Shown piece after piece: positions 1 to 12,205 of a stretch of 64,000 nucleotides of DNA. The translations under genes and the position numbers were made by a program. Below the pieces are notes generated by a model. The model saw only the letters and a program-made list of their open reading frames with translations, made no database searches and was not told where the DNA came from. The stretch's first letter is position 1; every line of letters starts with the position of its first letter. Source of the stretch: Octopus vulgaris (Eukaryota); assembly GCA_951406725.2 (NCBI GenBank), contig OX597818.1:71052001-71116000 (forward strand). Reading direction: 5' to 3'.

Positions 1-757
1 TACTGCCAATGTTTTGAAATGTCATTAAAATGTCCAATCTTAGAGCGACATAGTAGTAGAAAGTTGTTGGTGATTATAGTAAGATTATTGTTCCTAATTA
101 ATTTGGTATACAGCAGATTTAACAGTGCATAGTTCAGGCATTGTCAGAGTCAGCCTAACACTTCTTTCCTCAAAGAAAAAGTAGAATTGAATTTTTTTTA
201 AATGCACTGTATTAGTAAAATTTAGTTATGGAAGAGATATGGAATTGACAATATCATTGACCCTCATTTCTGTGTTAGATATAGGTCACTTTATGTCCGC
301 AAATTGTGCAATTTTACTAAGTATCAAAATAACATTTGTTTTCTTATGTTTTTCTTATATGTATTTTGACAATGTCATCATTATTTTATAAGCTCATTAT
401 GGTTGTTTATATCAAGTAGTTAATCTGCCTATGCACAAAAATTATTAAGAGTTAGAGGAAAAAATATTGACCCCCCCCCCCCATCTACTATGTTTGTTTG
501 GGCTACAGTTCTCTTGTACATAATACACATACAGTTATATTTAGAGCAAGGAGGTTTAATTTATAGTTAATCACAATGACTTTGCTTTCCATTATATCCA
601 AAGATAACTCTTTAATCCAGTATCATATGATATCCAACTAATAACTTTGTTTTACAATCAATACATGCATTCAGGCTAAAAATGGTGGAGTCTGTGAGTT
701 GGCTCAGATGCTTGAAAGAAGCATTCAGTGATTGTTACTATTATTCCTGCTTTTTTA

Positions 758-818
<61 letters not shown>

Positions 819-861
819 GCTTTTTGTATTATCATTATTATAATTATTATTATTGCTTTTT

Positions 862-914
<53 letters not shown>
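758..914. repeat. (TAT)n microsatellite with two GCTTTTTG interruptions
   Basis: Direct reading; explains the poly-Y/poly-I/poly-N ORFs. Confidence 0.95.
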
Positions 915-2445
915 TAACAAAATAAATATTTTGCAAAGAGAATCACATTTTTCAGAGCTTCTAAAAGCATAGATAAAATATCCATTCATTCCCCACTAAA
1001 CCCTCTTGTGTTTATATATCTTAATCTGTAGGGTGCTAGAAGTGAAATATTGTATTTAAACATTTAAACAAGTGCAGGTAAAAACCTTGAAAAGCATAGC
1101 TTCAATATTTAAGCTTTAATTATAATCAGATGAAAGCAATTTTAGAAGTTCTGTGCAATTTTCACTCAGCCACATGCAAGTAAGACTTAAAATAACAAAT
1201 AGTTTTAATGGATACAAAAATATGCTTCAGCTTTGTTATTTTACAAGCAGAAATTGTAAAAGGCATCAATATAATATATATGTTGCAAGTATAAGCTCAT
1301 ATGTTGCAAAGAGGAAGGACATTTTAGTACAGGATAGATATTCAAAACTGATTGCCTGAAATAATTTTTTTTTAAACCACACAACTTCCTCTAAATTATT
1401 AATATGGCTAATATTATTTGAAATGTATCTTCCATGCTAAAAATTAATACTATTACACTTCAACTAACTTCCTGTTTCTAGTTGTGTTGTTTATATACAC
1501 CTAGCTAAGGCTGGATTCCTAGTTGCACATTTCTTACTTCAAGCTCTTAACTGTAGTATCATTACACTAGATACTTTACTTTATATACTTAGCTTAATGT
1601 TTTGCTCTTATGTCTACCTTTTTGCTATACTGCCTAATGCCATGTCCTCAGAAGTGTTGCTCCTACTGCTATGTTGTCAGCACTACTGACACCAAACTAA
1701 AATCTCCTTAGGTGTACCATTACTGTATTATATTCTTCTTGACTTTTTTTCACTATATGATATAAATATCTCTTAATCCTTAAACGCCTTGAGGACTTTC
1801 AAGGTACAATCTTAGCTCTGGTTTTATAACATGATCCAGATGGAAAATTAAGTTCACCTTAATGCCTACTCTTTCTATAGGATAGTGGTTTATCATAAAA
1901 AAAAAAAAACTTCTCACGACACTTGGTGCAAACTCCCTGAAATACAGATGAATTAAAACAGTACAAAATAACATGTTATATTCCAGAGACACAACGAAAG
2001 AAAACCCAACCACAACAAATTTGAACTCAGGACTTTTGAGCAGTTAATTCAATACATTCCCTGCCCACACATCTCTCTTTCTTAACCAAGGCCAGTCTCT
2101 CACTATATTCTTAATTCCACTCTTCTTTTACCAACTTGCATCAAACTAACAGATCCACCATAAATCCTCTTAATTAGAAGGGCATTGTTCTATGTTCCTT
2201 GAAGGAATACTGTGGCTATCAAGATTTGCACCCTAACCCTAACCCTTTTGTTAAATGGTGAAATTCAGTTGCAGTTAAAACTTTAAAAAAGAATGTATAA
2301 AATGTTTTTAGAAAAAAAAAATGCTAAGAATACTTATAAAAGTGTTCCAGCCTGGCCACAGCCATGATGACTAAATAAATAAAAACCTAGAAAACATGCA
2401 TTCACTGACTGGAAAGCTTAAAAAGAAAACCTAACAGATTTTTAT

Positions 2446-2525
2446 GCACACACACACACACATATGTATGCACACACATGCATGCACACATACATGCATA
2501 CACACCTGTGTGTGTACACGTGCGT

Positions 2526-2578
<53 letters not shown>

Positions 2579-2590
2579 CTCTCTCTCTCT
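2446..2590. repeat. compound (CA)n/(CT)n microsatellite
   Basis: Direct reading. Confidence 0.95.
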
Positions 2591-2739
2591 CCATTGCAAA
2601 CGTCTCTTAAATCACTCAAAATGTTATCAAACATGTTCTAAATACAAAGTTAAGTTCAGGGCCCAAAATAGATGTTTGTTTTGTGCAGTGGGACTAACTC
2701 CTGTCACAGAGAAGTGTAAAGTCTTTAGAAGATTGTACA

Positions 2740-3760
2740 AAAGGTGAGACAAGAAGCAAACTGCATCTTGCCGAAGCCATGTGTAAGTTGACTTCTTACA
2801 TCAGGGAGTGGAAACGACACACATGTGTGAGTGTAAAGGAAATTCTAGGTGTGGAAGCAAAACTTAGAATCAAAGGGCCTTAGGGTTAACTTAGCAAAGA
2901 CCAATTTTCTAATAAAATGGAAAACAAACAGGTTACTAATCCTTTCAGGAAAATTACCCTGGTCGAAATGTAGAAAAAAGTGGTAGAAATTACATGTGGG
3001 GTGTCCAATGCAAACTGTGGACAAAGGGTTGCAGTAGAATCACAGGAAGCAACAAAGTAAGTTACTTCCTGATGTGCAGGAGCAGTGAATACTAAGGACA
3101 CACTGGAAATAGACTTCCCCAAATGCCTGGGAGGGTCCTTAGAGTTTGTAGATAGCATCAGTTACTTAGGTGACCTAATTAACAATGGAAGACGTTGTTT
3201 TGAAAGTATACTTGTTAGAATAAGAATAGGATGGAGAAAGTTGAGATGGGTATTACTTTTGTTGGCAACATAATGTCTCTCTCTTATATTGAAAGGCAGA
3301 TTGTATGATGCTTTGTGTACAAACAGCACTGCTACATGGTAGTGAAACATGGGCTGTGAATGCAGAGGACATGTGGAGGCTTGAAAGAAATGAATCCAGC
3401 ATGCTGCACTGAATGTGCAATGTCAGTTTGCATGTATGATAAAGTGCTTGTTGAGAGAAAAACTGGGCATAAGAGGCATCAGGTGTGGAGTGGAAGAGAG
3501 AAGACTGCATTGATCATGTGATGTATATGTCATGTGATGTAAATCACATTGGTCATGTGGTGTATATGGATGAGGACAGTTGCATGAAGGAATGACATTC
3601 ACCAAAATGTGGATGGAACATAGAAGAGAGGAATCCCAGAGAAGAAATGGGAAGACAAAGTAGTGGAAAATGACCTTCAGATGTTGAGCCTCACAGAGGA
3701 AGTGACAAAGGACCAAGATGATTGACGATTTGCTCTACTTGAGAAGATCTGTCCATCTAA
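2740..3760 (+). mobile_element. RTE-clade LINE, decayed 3' part of ORF
   Basis: LEFVDSISYLGDLI..RIRIGWRKLR, KGRLYDA, ETWAVNAEDMWRLERNE; homologous to the copy at 11631-12032; frameshifts and stops. Confidence 0.85.
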
Positions 3761-4114
3761 GACAAAATAAGGCCCTAAAGGCGTGTTGTTTATGTCTTTG
3801 CTCCTGTGCACATTCTGTCCCTAATAAATCTATCCCAACCACTCCCTCTACTCATGTCCTCTCACTGCATTCCCTTCTCCTCGATCTCTCACTCTCCTTT
3901 TGCATTCTCATCAACTTACCCTATCCAATCCTCTCTACCACTTCACCTCTCTCGGTAACCTGAGAGTACATCCCAACATAACTTCACCATTCTCTCTCTC
4001 TCTCTTTCTTTTCTAACTTGTGTAGTTATGTATCTTCTCCACGGCAAGACATCTGTTTTGTCCCTCTATCATTCTTTACTTCTCAACACCCAGCACAAAG
4101 TCATCTCCTTGATA

Positions 4115-4335
4115 CTATTCTCTCTTCAATTGAGGTGATTTTGTTTTCCAAGTTACTTGGTGGCCTCGTTTGTGCTGGTGCCACGTAAAAAAAAAAAGAA
4201 AACACCTAGTCCACTCTGAAAAGTGGTTGGCATTAGGAAAGGTATCCACTTGTAGAAACCAGGCCAACACATGCCAGTTTGGAAAATCGACATTAAATGG
4301 TGATGATAATGATGATGATGATGATGATGATGATG
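4115..4335 (+). mobile_element. RTE 3'-tail-type short repeat ending in (GAT)n
   Basis: GGTTGGCATTAGGAAAGGTATCCACTTGTAGAAAC..GACATTAAATGGTGATGAT matches the reverse complement of the 11005-11180 LINE tail. Confidence 0.7.
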
Positions 4336-4599
4336 ATATATATGTGAGTATATGTATTTTTGAATTTGTGTTTGTCTCTGTGGTCATGCAAATTGCTAGA
4401 AAAGCAGCCAAATCTCTCTGAAATTACACATTTCATAATTTTGAAATGGAAGAACACATTGGATAGTCCCCAAAATACAATAAGGTTGTGGTAGTCAAGG
4501 CCTGGAAGATCTTTAATCACAAGTCTTGTGAATAACTGACCCAGGAATAAACAATAATTGTACCCACTTATATCAACTGCTGTACATTAGATAATAGTG

Positions 4600-5060
4600 C
4601 AAGCATGGCTGAAAGGCACAGACGTAGCTGTGTGTTGGTTGGTTTGCTTCCTAACGGCATGGTTTCAGGTTTGATCTCACTTTGGGCAGGTGTCTTCTGC
4701 TGTGAGTGGGTTTGATGGGTGAAGGCTGAGAGAAGCTTGTCATGTGTGTGTGTGTGCCCATTTGTATGTATGTGTTCATGTGTATATATGTGCATGTGTG
4801 TGTTACTGCCTCCTTGCCTTGATTTTGCATAATAGTTGTGTCACTGCCATGTGTGTAGTGCCCTTCATTGTGCTTCATTTCCAGTCTTCTGTAAAAACAT
4901 GTCTGGCCTTAGGAAATATTAACTCATTAGGAAACAGGTGAGGGTTGACAAACAGGAAAGGTATCCAGCCGTAGAAAATCCACTTCAGCCAATTGTGTGC
5001 AACTCATGTGAGCCTGGAACATTTGATATTGAAATGATGATGGTGATTCTGATGATGTAG
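4600..5060 (+). mobile_element. decayed SINE with RTE-like (GAT)n tail
   Basis: tRNA-like head (GGTTTCAGGTTTGATC), TTGGGCAGGTGTCTTCT core, AGGAAAGGTATCCAGCCGTAGAAA..TGATGATG tail. Confidence 0.6.
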
Positions 5061-6819
5061 ATGTAGATACACTGTTTGAATAAAAGCTGGGATGGTCAGT
5101 GCTGGAAGATATTCGAGCATAAATCTCCTGGAACACAACTAACCTGAATCTAAACAACAAAAACTATAGCCTCTAATACTAACAACAAACTTATACATTT
5201 GAAAATGTATTCCTTGATATTCTATGTATGAATAAAAGACAAGACAATAATGGCTCTAGAATATATAACCTTAACCAGCTCAGCTACATCAACAATAATT
5301 TGAGAAATTATGTCTATCACAAACTGTACCAACACAATAAAGCTCTGTTGTCTAGTTTTTGAGATTCAAAATTTCTAATCAATAGTAAATTTGATTAAAA
5401 TAACCCCAGTACATGACAGGTACTTTTTTTAAACCCTTGATGAATGAAAAGTAAACCCAACCTAGACAGAATTTGAAATCAGAAAGTAAAGAATCAGTAT
5501 ATCGGTTCGAAATTAAAAGAAGAGGTTTTAATCTCATAATTTTAAGATATTTCTCCTGTGTTCTGTTAGTTGAGTGGATAAATGTGTGCTGCTTGTGTTT
5601 TCTCTCGAATGTGCAGGTGGGATGGAGGAATGGCAATCTGACATGGTTGTAGAATTAGATTTATTGGTTCATTTAACTCAATACTGCTAGGTACAGTAGA
5701 ATAATAATATTTACTCCAAGATGAGTAGATTTCCAGTACTAAAACTCTGAGTAGTGACTTGGGTAGATCTAAATTTGAAAGTTTCTCACAAAATAGATAG
5801 AGAGCAAGGAATTTGGGAAGAGGGAGTTTGTTGATTAAATTGATTAAATATACTTCAATATTACTTTATTTTATTGATCCCCAAAAGATGAAAAGCTAAG
5901 CTGACCCTGGCTGAATTTGAACCCCCTACATAAATAAAATTATTCAAAACTGTAAGAAATTAATCTATGACCCCAAATTTATTCTGCCATGAAGGTGTGG
6001 TCTAATGTTTAGAGTGCTCAGCTTATAATTATAAGACTGAGATAATTCCTAAATCAAGTAATGCTGTATCCTTAATCATTTCACATTCTACTCCCACCCT
6101 ATGTATTACTACAGTCACAGAAAAAGCTATGCGCACCGCAAAATCAAACAGATTTAACATAGAAACATTTTGCTTAGGTCCTTCAGAGAGGGATCTTAAA
6201 ATTTTTCAACTTATTTTATCCCTGTGTAGTCAAATAAAGACTGAAAATATCTAATAAGACTCAAAACCTCCACCTAAAAATGTGTCACTGCATACACACC
6301 TCTTTGCTGATTAGAAAAGATATGTTTAAACATATTTTTATCTCTGTTATTTACAGGAATCTGATTGTGGTGAAGGAGATTTTTCAGTTATTTCTTGCAT
6401 AGCAAGTAACTACATACAACTTAAATGTGTGAATTCTGCATGAATTAGGAAACGATGGGGATTCAAAAGCATTCATTGTATATTGACTGTAGAAAATAGT
6501 TTAACATTTAATTCTTTATTGCCCACAAGGGGCTAAGCATAGAGGGGACTTGAGCATATAAACATCCATAATGGGAAAAAAATGGGCATTTGTACATGTG
6601 GGAATCGATTCCCATACATATATGGTCAATTTGTTTTGCTTGATTCAGTCACTGAACTGCAGTCATACTGGGGTGCTACCTTGAGGTCAGATGAATTGAC
6701 CTCTGACCTTTTTTGGTGGGAGAAGGTCAAGTACTTGTTCTGTCAGTTTCTTTTACCAAGCTGGTACATGCAGGGAGGTGGACAGTCAGCTGTCTAGCAG
6801 TGGTGGGGCATACATGGAC

Positions 6820-8999
6820 ACAAAGATGTAGTGCACCAACAGATGACAGCACATGGTTGCTTGCGCAGTGAGAGCTAGCAGTGATCTTCATTGGGCAGTG
6901 TGCCAAGTGACATTGTTGTGTTTACTTTGCAAGTTGTGATCACGTGTGTCTGCTGTAGTCTGTGACTTTTGTCATCGGTAGGAAGTTAGAACAAAGAGCC
7001 AACATAAAAGTTTTGTGGTGGAAAGTTGGAAAGTCTGCTTCAGAGACATTGAGCATGCTTCAGCAAGCTTATGGTGATGAGGCAACGGGTCATACACAAT
7101 GTTTTGTGTGACAAAGGCACTTCGGAAGTGGAAGATCATCCCTGGAATAGGATGAGTGATCAGGAAGACCTGCCATGAGCATCACCCTCCCAGAGATGTG
7201 GAGACAGGTCATCAGTTTGTACATGAGGACAATTGGAGGAGAATCAGTGAAGCATTTGCGGGAGGACGCTCAGCGAAAATGACTGGATCTGTGAACTGCA
7301 AAGAATTGGATTCTCCAGGATGACGATGACGCACCTGTCACCAAGCTCTTCTCACTCATCACCTGTCACCAAGCTCTTCTCCCTCGTCACCTGTCACCAA
7401 GCTCTTCTCACTCGTCACCTGTCACCAAGCTCTTCTCCCTCGTCACCTGTCACCAAGCTCTTCTCCCTCGTCACCTGTCACCAAGCTCTTCTCCCTCGTC
7501 ACCTGTCACCAAGCTCTTCTCCCTCGTCACCTGTCACCAAGCTCTTCTCCCTCGTCACCTGTCACCAAGCTCTTCTCCCTCGTCACCTGTCACCAAGCTG
7601 TCACCAAGCTCTTCTCCCTCGTCACCTGTCACCAAGCTCTTCTCCCTCGTCACCTGTCACCAAGCTCTTCTCCCTCGTCACCTGTCACCAAGCTCTTCTC
7701 CCTCGTCACCTGTCACCAAGCTCTTCTCCCTCGTCACCTGTCACCAAGCTCTTCTCCCTCGTCACCTGTCACCAAGCTCTTCTCCCTCGTCACCTGTCAC
7801 CAAGCTCTTCTCCCTCGTCACCTGTCACCAAGCTCTTCTCCCTCGTCACCTGTCACCAAGCTCTTCTCCCTCGTCACCTGTCACCAAGCTCTTCTCCCTC
7901 GTCACCTGTCACCAAGCTCTTCTCCCTCGTCACCTGTCACCAAGCTCTTCTCCCTCGTCACCTGTCACCAAGCTCTTCTCCCTCGTCACCTGTCACCAAG
8001 CTCTTCTCCCTCGTCACCTGTCACCAAGCTCTTCTCCCTCGTCACCTGTCACCAAGCTCTTCTCCCTCGTCACCGGTCACCAAGCTCTTCTCCCTCGTCA
8101 CCTGTCACCAAGCTCTTCTCCCTCGTCACCGGTCACCAAGCTCTTCTCCCTCGTCACCTGTCACCAAGCTCTTCTCCCTCGTCACCTGTCACCAAGCTCT
8201 TCTCCCTCGTCACCTGTCACCAAGCTCTTCTCCCTCGTCACCTGTCACCAAGCTCTTCTCCCTCGTCACCTGTCACCAAGCTCTTCTCCCTCGTCACCTG
8301 TCACCAAGCTCTTCTCCCTCATCACCTGTCACCAAGCTCTTCTCCCTCGTCACCTGTAATCAAGCTCTTCTCCCTCGTCACCTGTCACCAAGCTCTTCTC
8401 CCTCGTCACCTGTCACCAAGCTCTTCTCCCTCGTCACCTGTCACCAAGCTCTTCTCCCTCGTCACCGGTCACCAAGCTCTTCTCCCTCGTCACCTGTCAC
8501 CAAGCTCTTCTCCCTCGTCACCTGTCACCAAGCTCTTCTCCCTCGTCACCTGTCACCAAGCTCTTCTCACTCATCACCTGTCACCAAGCTCTTCTCCCTC
8601 GTCACCTGTCACCAAGCTCTTCTCCCTCGTCACCTGTCACCAAGCTCTTCTCCCTCATCACCTGTCACCAAGCTCTTCTCCCTCGTCAGTTGCTCACCGA
8701 AAGCACCATTGCTGCACCCACCCTATTCGCCAGATTTAGCAGTTGCAGATTTCTGCCTCTTCCCCAAGGTGAAAATGAAGTTCAGAGGTTGCCATTTTAA
8801 CACGGTTGTCAAGATCAAGTCACATTAGGTCTTCAACTCACAGAAAACGTCTTCTAGGCTGGATTCTAAAAGTGGCAGAAATTCTGGGGCCCAGTGTATT
8901 GCTGCAGAAGATGACTATTTCAAAAGAAATGATGTTAAAAAATAAATAAGTTACTTTTATCAACCATAACTAGTGTGGGAAAATTTTGATATCACTTCA
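6820..8999 (+). mobile_element. mariner (DD34D-type) transposon, internally deleted, carrying a minisatellite expansion
   Basis: N-terminal HTH remnant KLEQRANIK..GKSASETLSMLQQAYGDEA..SGRP (6980-7170); WIL.DD.AP at ~7307-7336; LLHPPYSPDLAVADFCLFPKVK at ~8709-8775; left end not resolved. Confidence 0.85.
7332..8688. repeat. 28-bp minisatellite (GTCACCTGTCACCAAGCTCTTCTCCCTC)n, ~48 copies
   Basis: Period 28 read directly (units start at 7621 and 7649); the 28-aa repeat of ORF 7320-8828 equals 3 units. Confidence 0.97.
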
Positions 9000-9004
9000 C
9001 ACAC

Positions 9005-9045
<41 letters not shown>

Positions 9046-9048
<3 letters not shown>

Positions 9049-9402
9049 CCAAGGACTCCAATTTTGTCATCAAGATGTTGGACAAGATACTGCGATAGCC
9101 TGGGCTTCAGAGGTCCACAGCTCTTCTATATTCTCCCAAAGGACCTGAGAGACCTGCATGGGGTGGATATAGGTGTCTTCAAAATAAAGCTGGACCTCTT
9201 CCTGTCAAGCGTCCCAGATGAACCAACTTTGCAGCAGGAGGTGCAGATAAGGGCAGATGCATCAAACTCTCTCATTCACCAAATGTCAATTCCTAAAAAG
9301 CATTTGTGAAGTAAAATTATGTAGCAACACCAAATGGCGGTGCCCCAGCATGACCACAGCTTGTGAGCAGAAACTAGATAAAATAAAAATAAAAAAATAA
9401 AA
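9046..9402 (+). mobile_element. CR1/L2-group LINE 3' end with 3'UTR and A-rich tail
   Basis: SLGFRGPQLFYILPKDLRDLHGVDIGVFKIKLDLFLSSVPDEP; tail GGCGGTGCCCCAGCATGACCACAGC..(TAAAA)n. Confidence 0.8.
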
Positions 9403-9954
9403 TACACACACACACATGACAGACTTTCTTCTGTCACTCCCTCTTTCTTCTAGTCACTGTACCATACTGCTGCTGTACATAAAGATAGTTGTGGGTTTCC
9501 CTGTCTCCCCTATTCACTATACTATGCAGGCTCTCTGTGTGAACTAGTCTAACTTGATTTTTAAAATTTTTCTGTCGTTCACAGTTTATTCTATTCACTG
9601 CTCTAAGCTCCCTATGAAATGAGGTTTGGCATTCAATTCACCAGTATTCAGTCCCTCCTCCTAATATCTTTACCACTCTCCCTCTTTTTCCCATCAATGT
9701 ATCCAACTGTGCCCATCCACTCTACTATCAGCCCTTTACCCCTGGCCACTTATTGACTTCACTCTTCACATTTATCCACTTCTGATACTACCTATCACTC
9801 ACTTTCTCTCTCTCTCTCTTTCTCTCTCCCTCTCTCTCTCCCTCTCTCTCTCTCCCTTTCTCTCTCTCCCTTTCTCTCTCTCTCATATCAATCACTCTCT
9901 TTACCATCATGCTTTCGCTTTTGTCATCCACCCATCCTGTTTGTTGTTGTCACT

Positions 9955-10650
9955 TTTTCTTTAGTTCATTTTGTTGTTTACATTGCTTTGAGTAAATGAA
10001 CACATCACATTGTAGTAAGGAATCTAACACATCAAGTACACTCTGCAAAGTGGATACTACCAGGAAGAAAATAAGTCCAAAGTTAATCATAAAAATGGCA
10101 ACACTCTTCAGTATGATATTATCTGCAATGCTGAATGAAGCTTTTGACAGCAGCATCCCAGACATCTGCATCCCAAATCTCATTGATGGTAACTTGTAAA
10201 ATTTCTGCTGTCACTAAAGTAAGAGAGGCTGATTTCAGAGACCTTATCTTTGCCATATTGCTTTTGATCAGGACATGAAGCTGGAGATGGACTGGTTGTC
10301 AAATGGTTGTCAAATGTGAATGACAAAATTGTCCCTACATAGGCATAACAAACACTGTAGAGATGCACCAGCCTGTCCCAAGAATCTTGATCCAAGGACC
10401 TTAGATCAGTAAATGAAATTCAATTTTAGTCAATTGACAGAGTCTCCTCAGCAACACACTCTAACAAAATGGCAAACATTGATAAAGAAAGAGGTACAAG
10501 CACTAGAGAGCTTGTCATGTCCTTGCCATTACTAAGAGTCTTTTTGACTATGATAGTCATCTACCACTTGAATGTATTGGATACACTTTATCATAGCCAA
10601 TAGTTGTGAGATTGCTTGATCCCATATTGTTTCCAGTCATTCAGAGCAAC
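9955..10650 (-). mobile_element. highly decayed LINE-like (CR1/Jockey group) fragment
   Basis: Coding-like composition with broken frames; only weak resemblance to the endonuclease-RT linker region. Confidence 0.3.
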
Positions 10651-10742
10651 ACAACCATGAGAGTGGGTAGAAGAGAGAGAGCAATCGCTGATGGAGTAGG
10701 GTGAAAAGAGACAAGGAGGGCACTGGTAGAGGGGTGGAATAT

Positions 10743-10778
<36 letters not shown>

Positions 10779-10880
10779 CACAATGAACTTATTGACATAC
10801 AAATAAGCAAAAGTATTAAAAGTTTCTCTACAACTCTTTTGTAAATAGTTAAAAGCTGCTGTCTGTCTCTATTTTACAAA

Positions 10881-10946
10881 TGGAGTGGACATACCTGATG
10901 AGCTAGTGATGACTAGATGAAATTACCTGAGCTGTTCTTCACTTCA
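10881..10946 (+). ncRNA. degenerate type-I hammerhead-ribozyme-like motif, probable Penelope pLTR remnant
   Basis: CTGATGA (10895) + stem CTAGT-gatg-ACTAG + GAAA (10919); flanking TGGAGTGGA / TTCACTTCA can pair as stem I. Confidence 0.45.
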
Positions 10947-11004
10947 TTCTGCTGAGAACACCCTGTGTTTTAACTATGAGATATACATGTGCAGCAAAGC
11001 TAAA

Positions 11005-12026
11005 CATCATCATCATCATCATCATTTAGCGTCCGCTTTCCATGCTAGCATGGGTTGGACGGTTCAACTGGGGTCTGGGAAGCCAGAAGGCTGCACCAAG
11101 CCCAGTCTGATCTGGCAATGTTTCTACGGCTGGATGCCCTTCCTAATGCCAACCACTCTGTGGCTGTAGTGGGTGCTTTTTACGTGCCATCGGCACAGGT
11201 GCCAGACGGGGCTGGAAAACGGCCATGGTCGGATGGTGCTTTTTATGTGCCAATGGCACGGGGGCCAGGCGAGGCTGGCAACGGCCACGATCGGATGGTG
11301 CTTTTTACGTGCCACCGGCATGGAGGCCAGTCAGGGCGGCACTGGCAACAGCCATGATCGGATGGTTCGCTTATGTGCCACCGGCACTGGTATCACAGCT
11401 GCAATTTCCATTGATGTTGATCGACTTCCATGTTGGTTCTGATTTCCACTTGCCTCAACGGGTCTTCACAAGTGGAGTTTTGTGTCCAAGAAGGAAAGTC
11501 GACTGGCTACATCCCAGGTAGAGGCCACAGGTTATGGTCTCACTAGTCCTGCCGGGTCTTCTCACGCACAGCATACTTCCATAGGTCTCGGTCTCTAGTC
11601 ATTTCCTTGGTGAAACCTAAAGTTCGAAGGTCATGCTTCACCACCTCGTCCCAGGTTTTCCTCAACCACTAGGATGTGGCACTTTTTCACACAACTATCT
11701 TCAGCCATTCTTGTCACATGACCATACCAGCGCAAATGTCTCTCTTGCACACCACAACTGATGCTTCTTAGGCCCAACTTTTCTCTCAAGGTACTTACAC
11801 TCTGTCGATTATGCACACTGACATTACACATCCATCGGAGCATACTGGCTTTATTTCTTGTGAGCTTATGCATATCCTCAGCAGTCACAGCCCATGTTTC
11901 ACTACCATGTAGCATGGCTGTTCGTACACATGCATCATACAGTCTGCCTTTTACTCTGAGCGAGAGGCCTTTTGTCACCAGCAGGAGTAAGAGCCCTCTG
12001 AACTTTGCCCAGGCTATTCTTTGCCC
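11005..12026 (-). mobile_element. RTE-clade LINE, 5'-truncated and relatively young, with 3'UTR and (GAT)n tail
   Basis: Open frame RIAWAKFR..KGLSLRVKGRLYDACVRTAMLHGSETWAVT..LRWYGHVTRM; (CAT)n at 11005-11025. Confidence 0.92.
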
Positions 12027-12159
12027 ATACATTTATTAAATATGTTTCCATGCTAGTTTATGTAGAATAATGTTCAGTGAGCTCTTATAGTTGATGTTTA
12101 ACAAATGACAAAATAACAATGTTATGTGATGTGAAATACCACTCATGTTTTGTCTCAGT

Positions 12160-12205
12160 GTGACCCATGCTAGCATGGAAAACGGACGTTAAACGATGAT
12201 GATGT
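12160..12205 (+). mobile_element. isolated RTE 3' tail
   Basis: CCCATGCTAGCATGGAAAACGGACGTTAAACGATGATGATG, near-identical to the reverse complement of 11010-11055. Confidence 0.75.

Noticed and set aside
728-989. Poly-Y/I/N ORFs, and the HT/CV/YI-repeat ORFs throughout the window
   Set aside because: Translations of microsatellites
7332-8688. CRISPR-like array of 28-bp repeats
   Set aside because: Units are head-to-tail with no unique spacers, the context is eukaryotic, and there are no cas genes
7320-8828. 502-aa ORF as a genuine host protein
   Set aside because: It is the stop-free translation of the minisatellite plus a mariner C-terminal remnant
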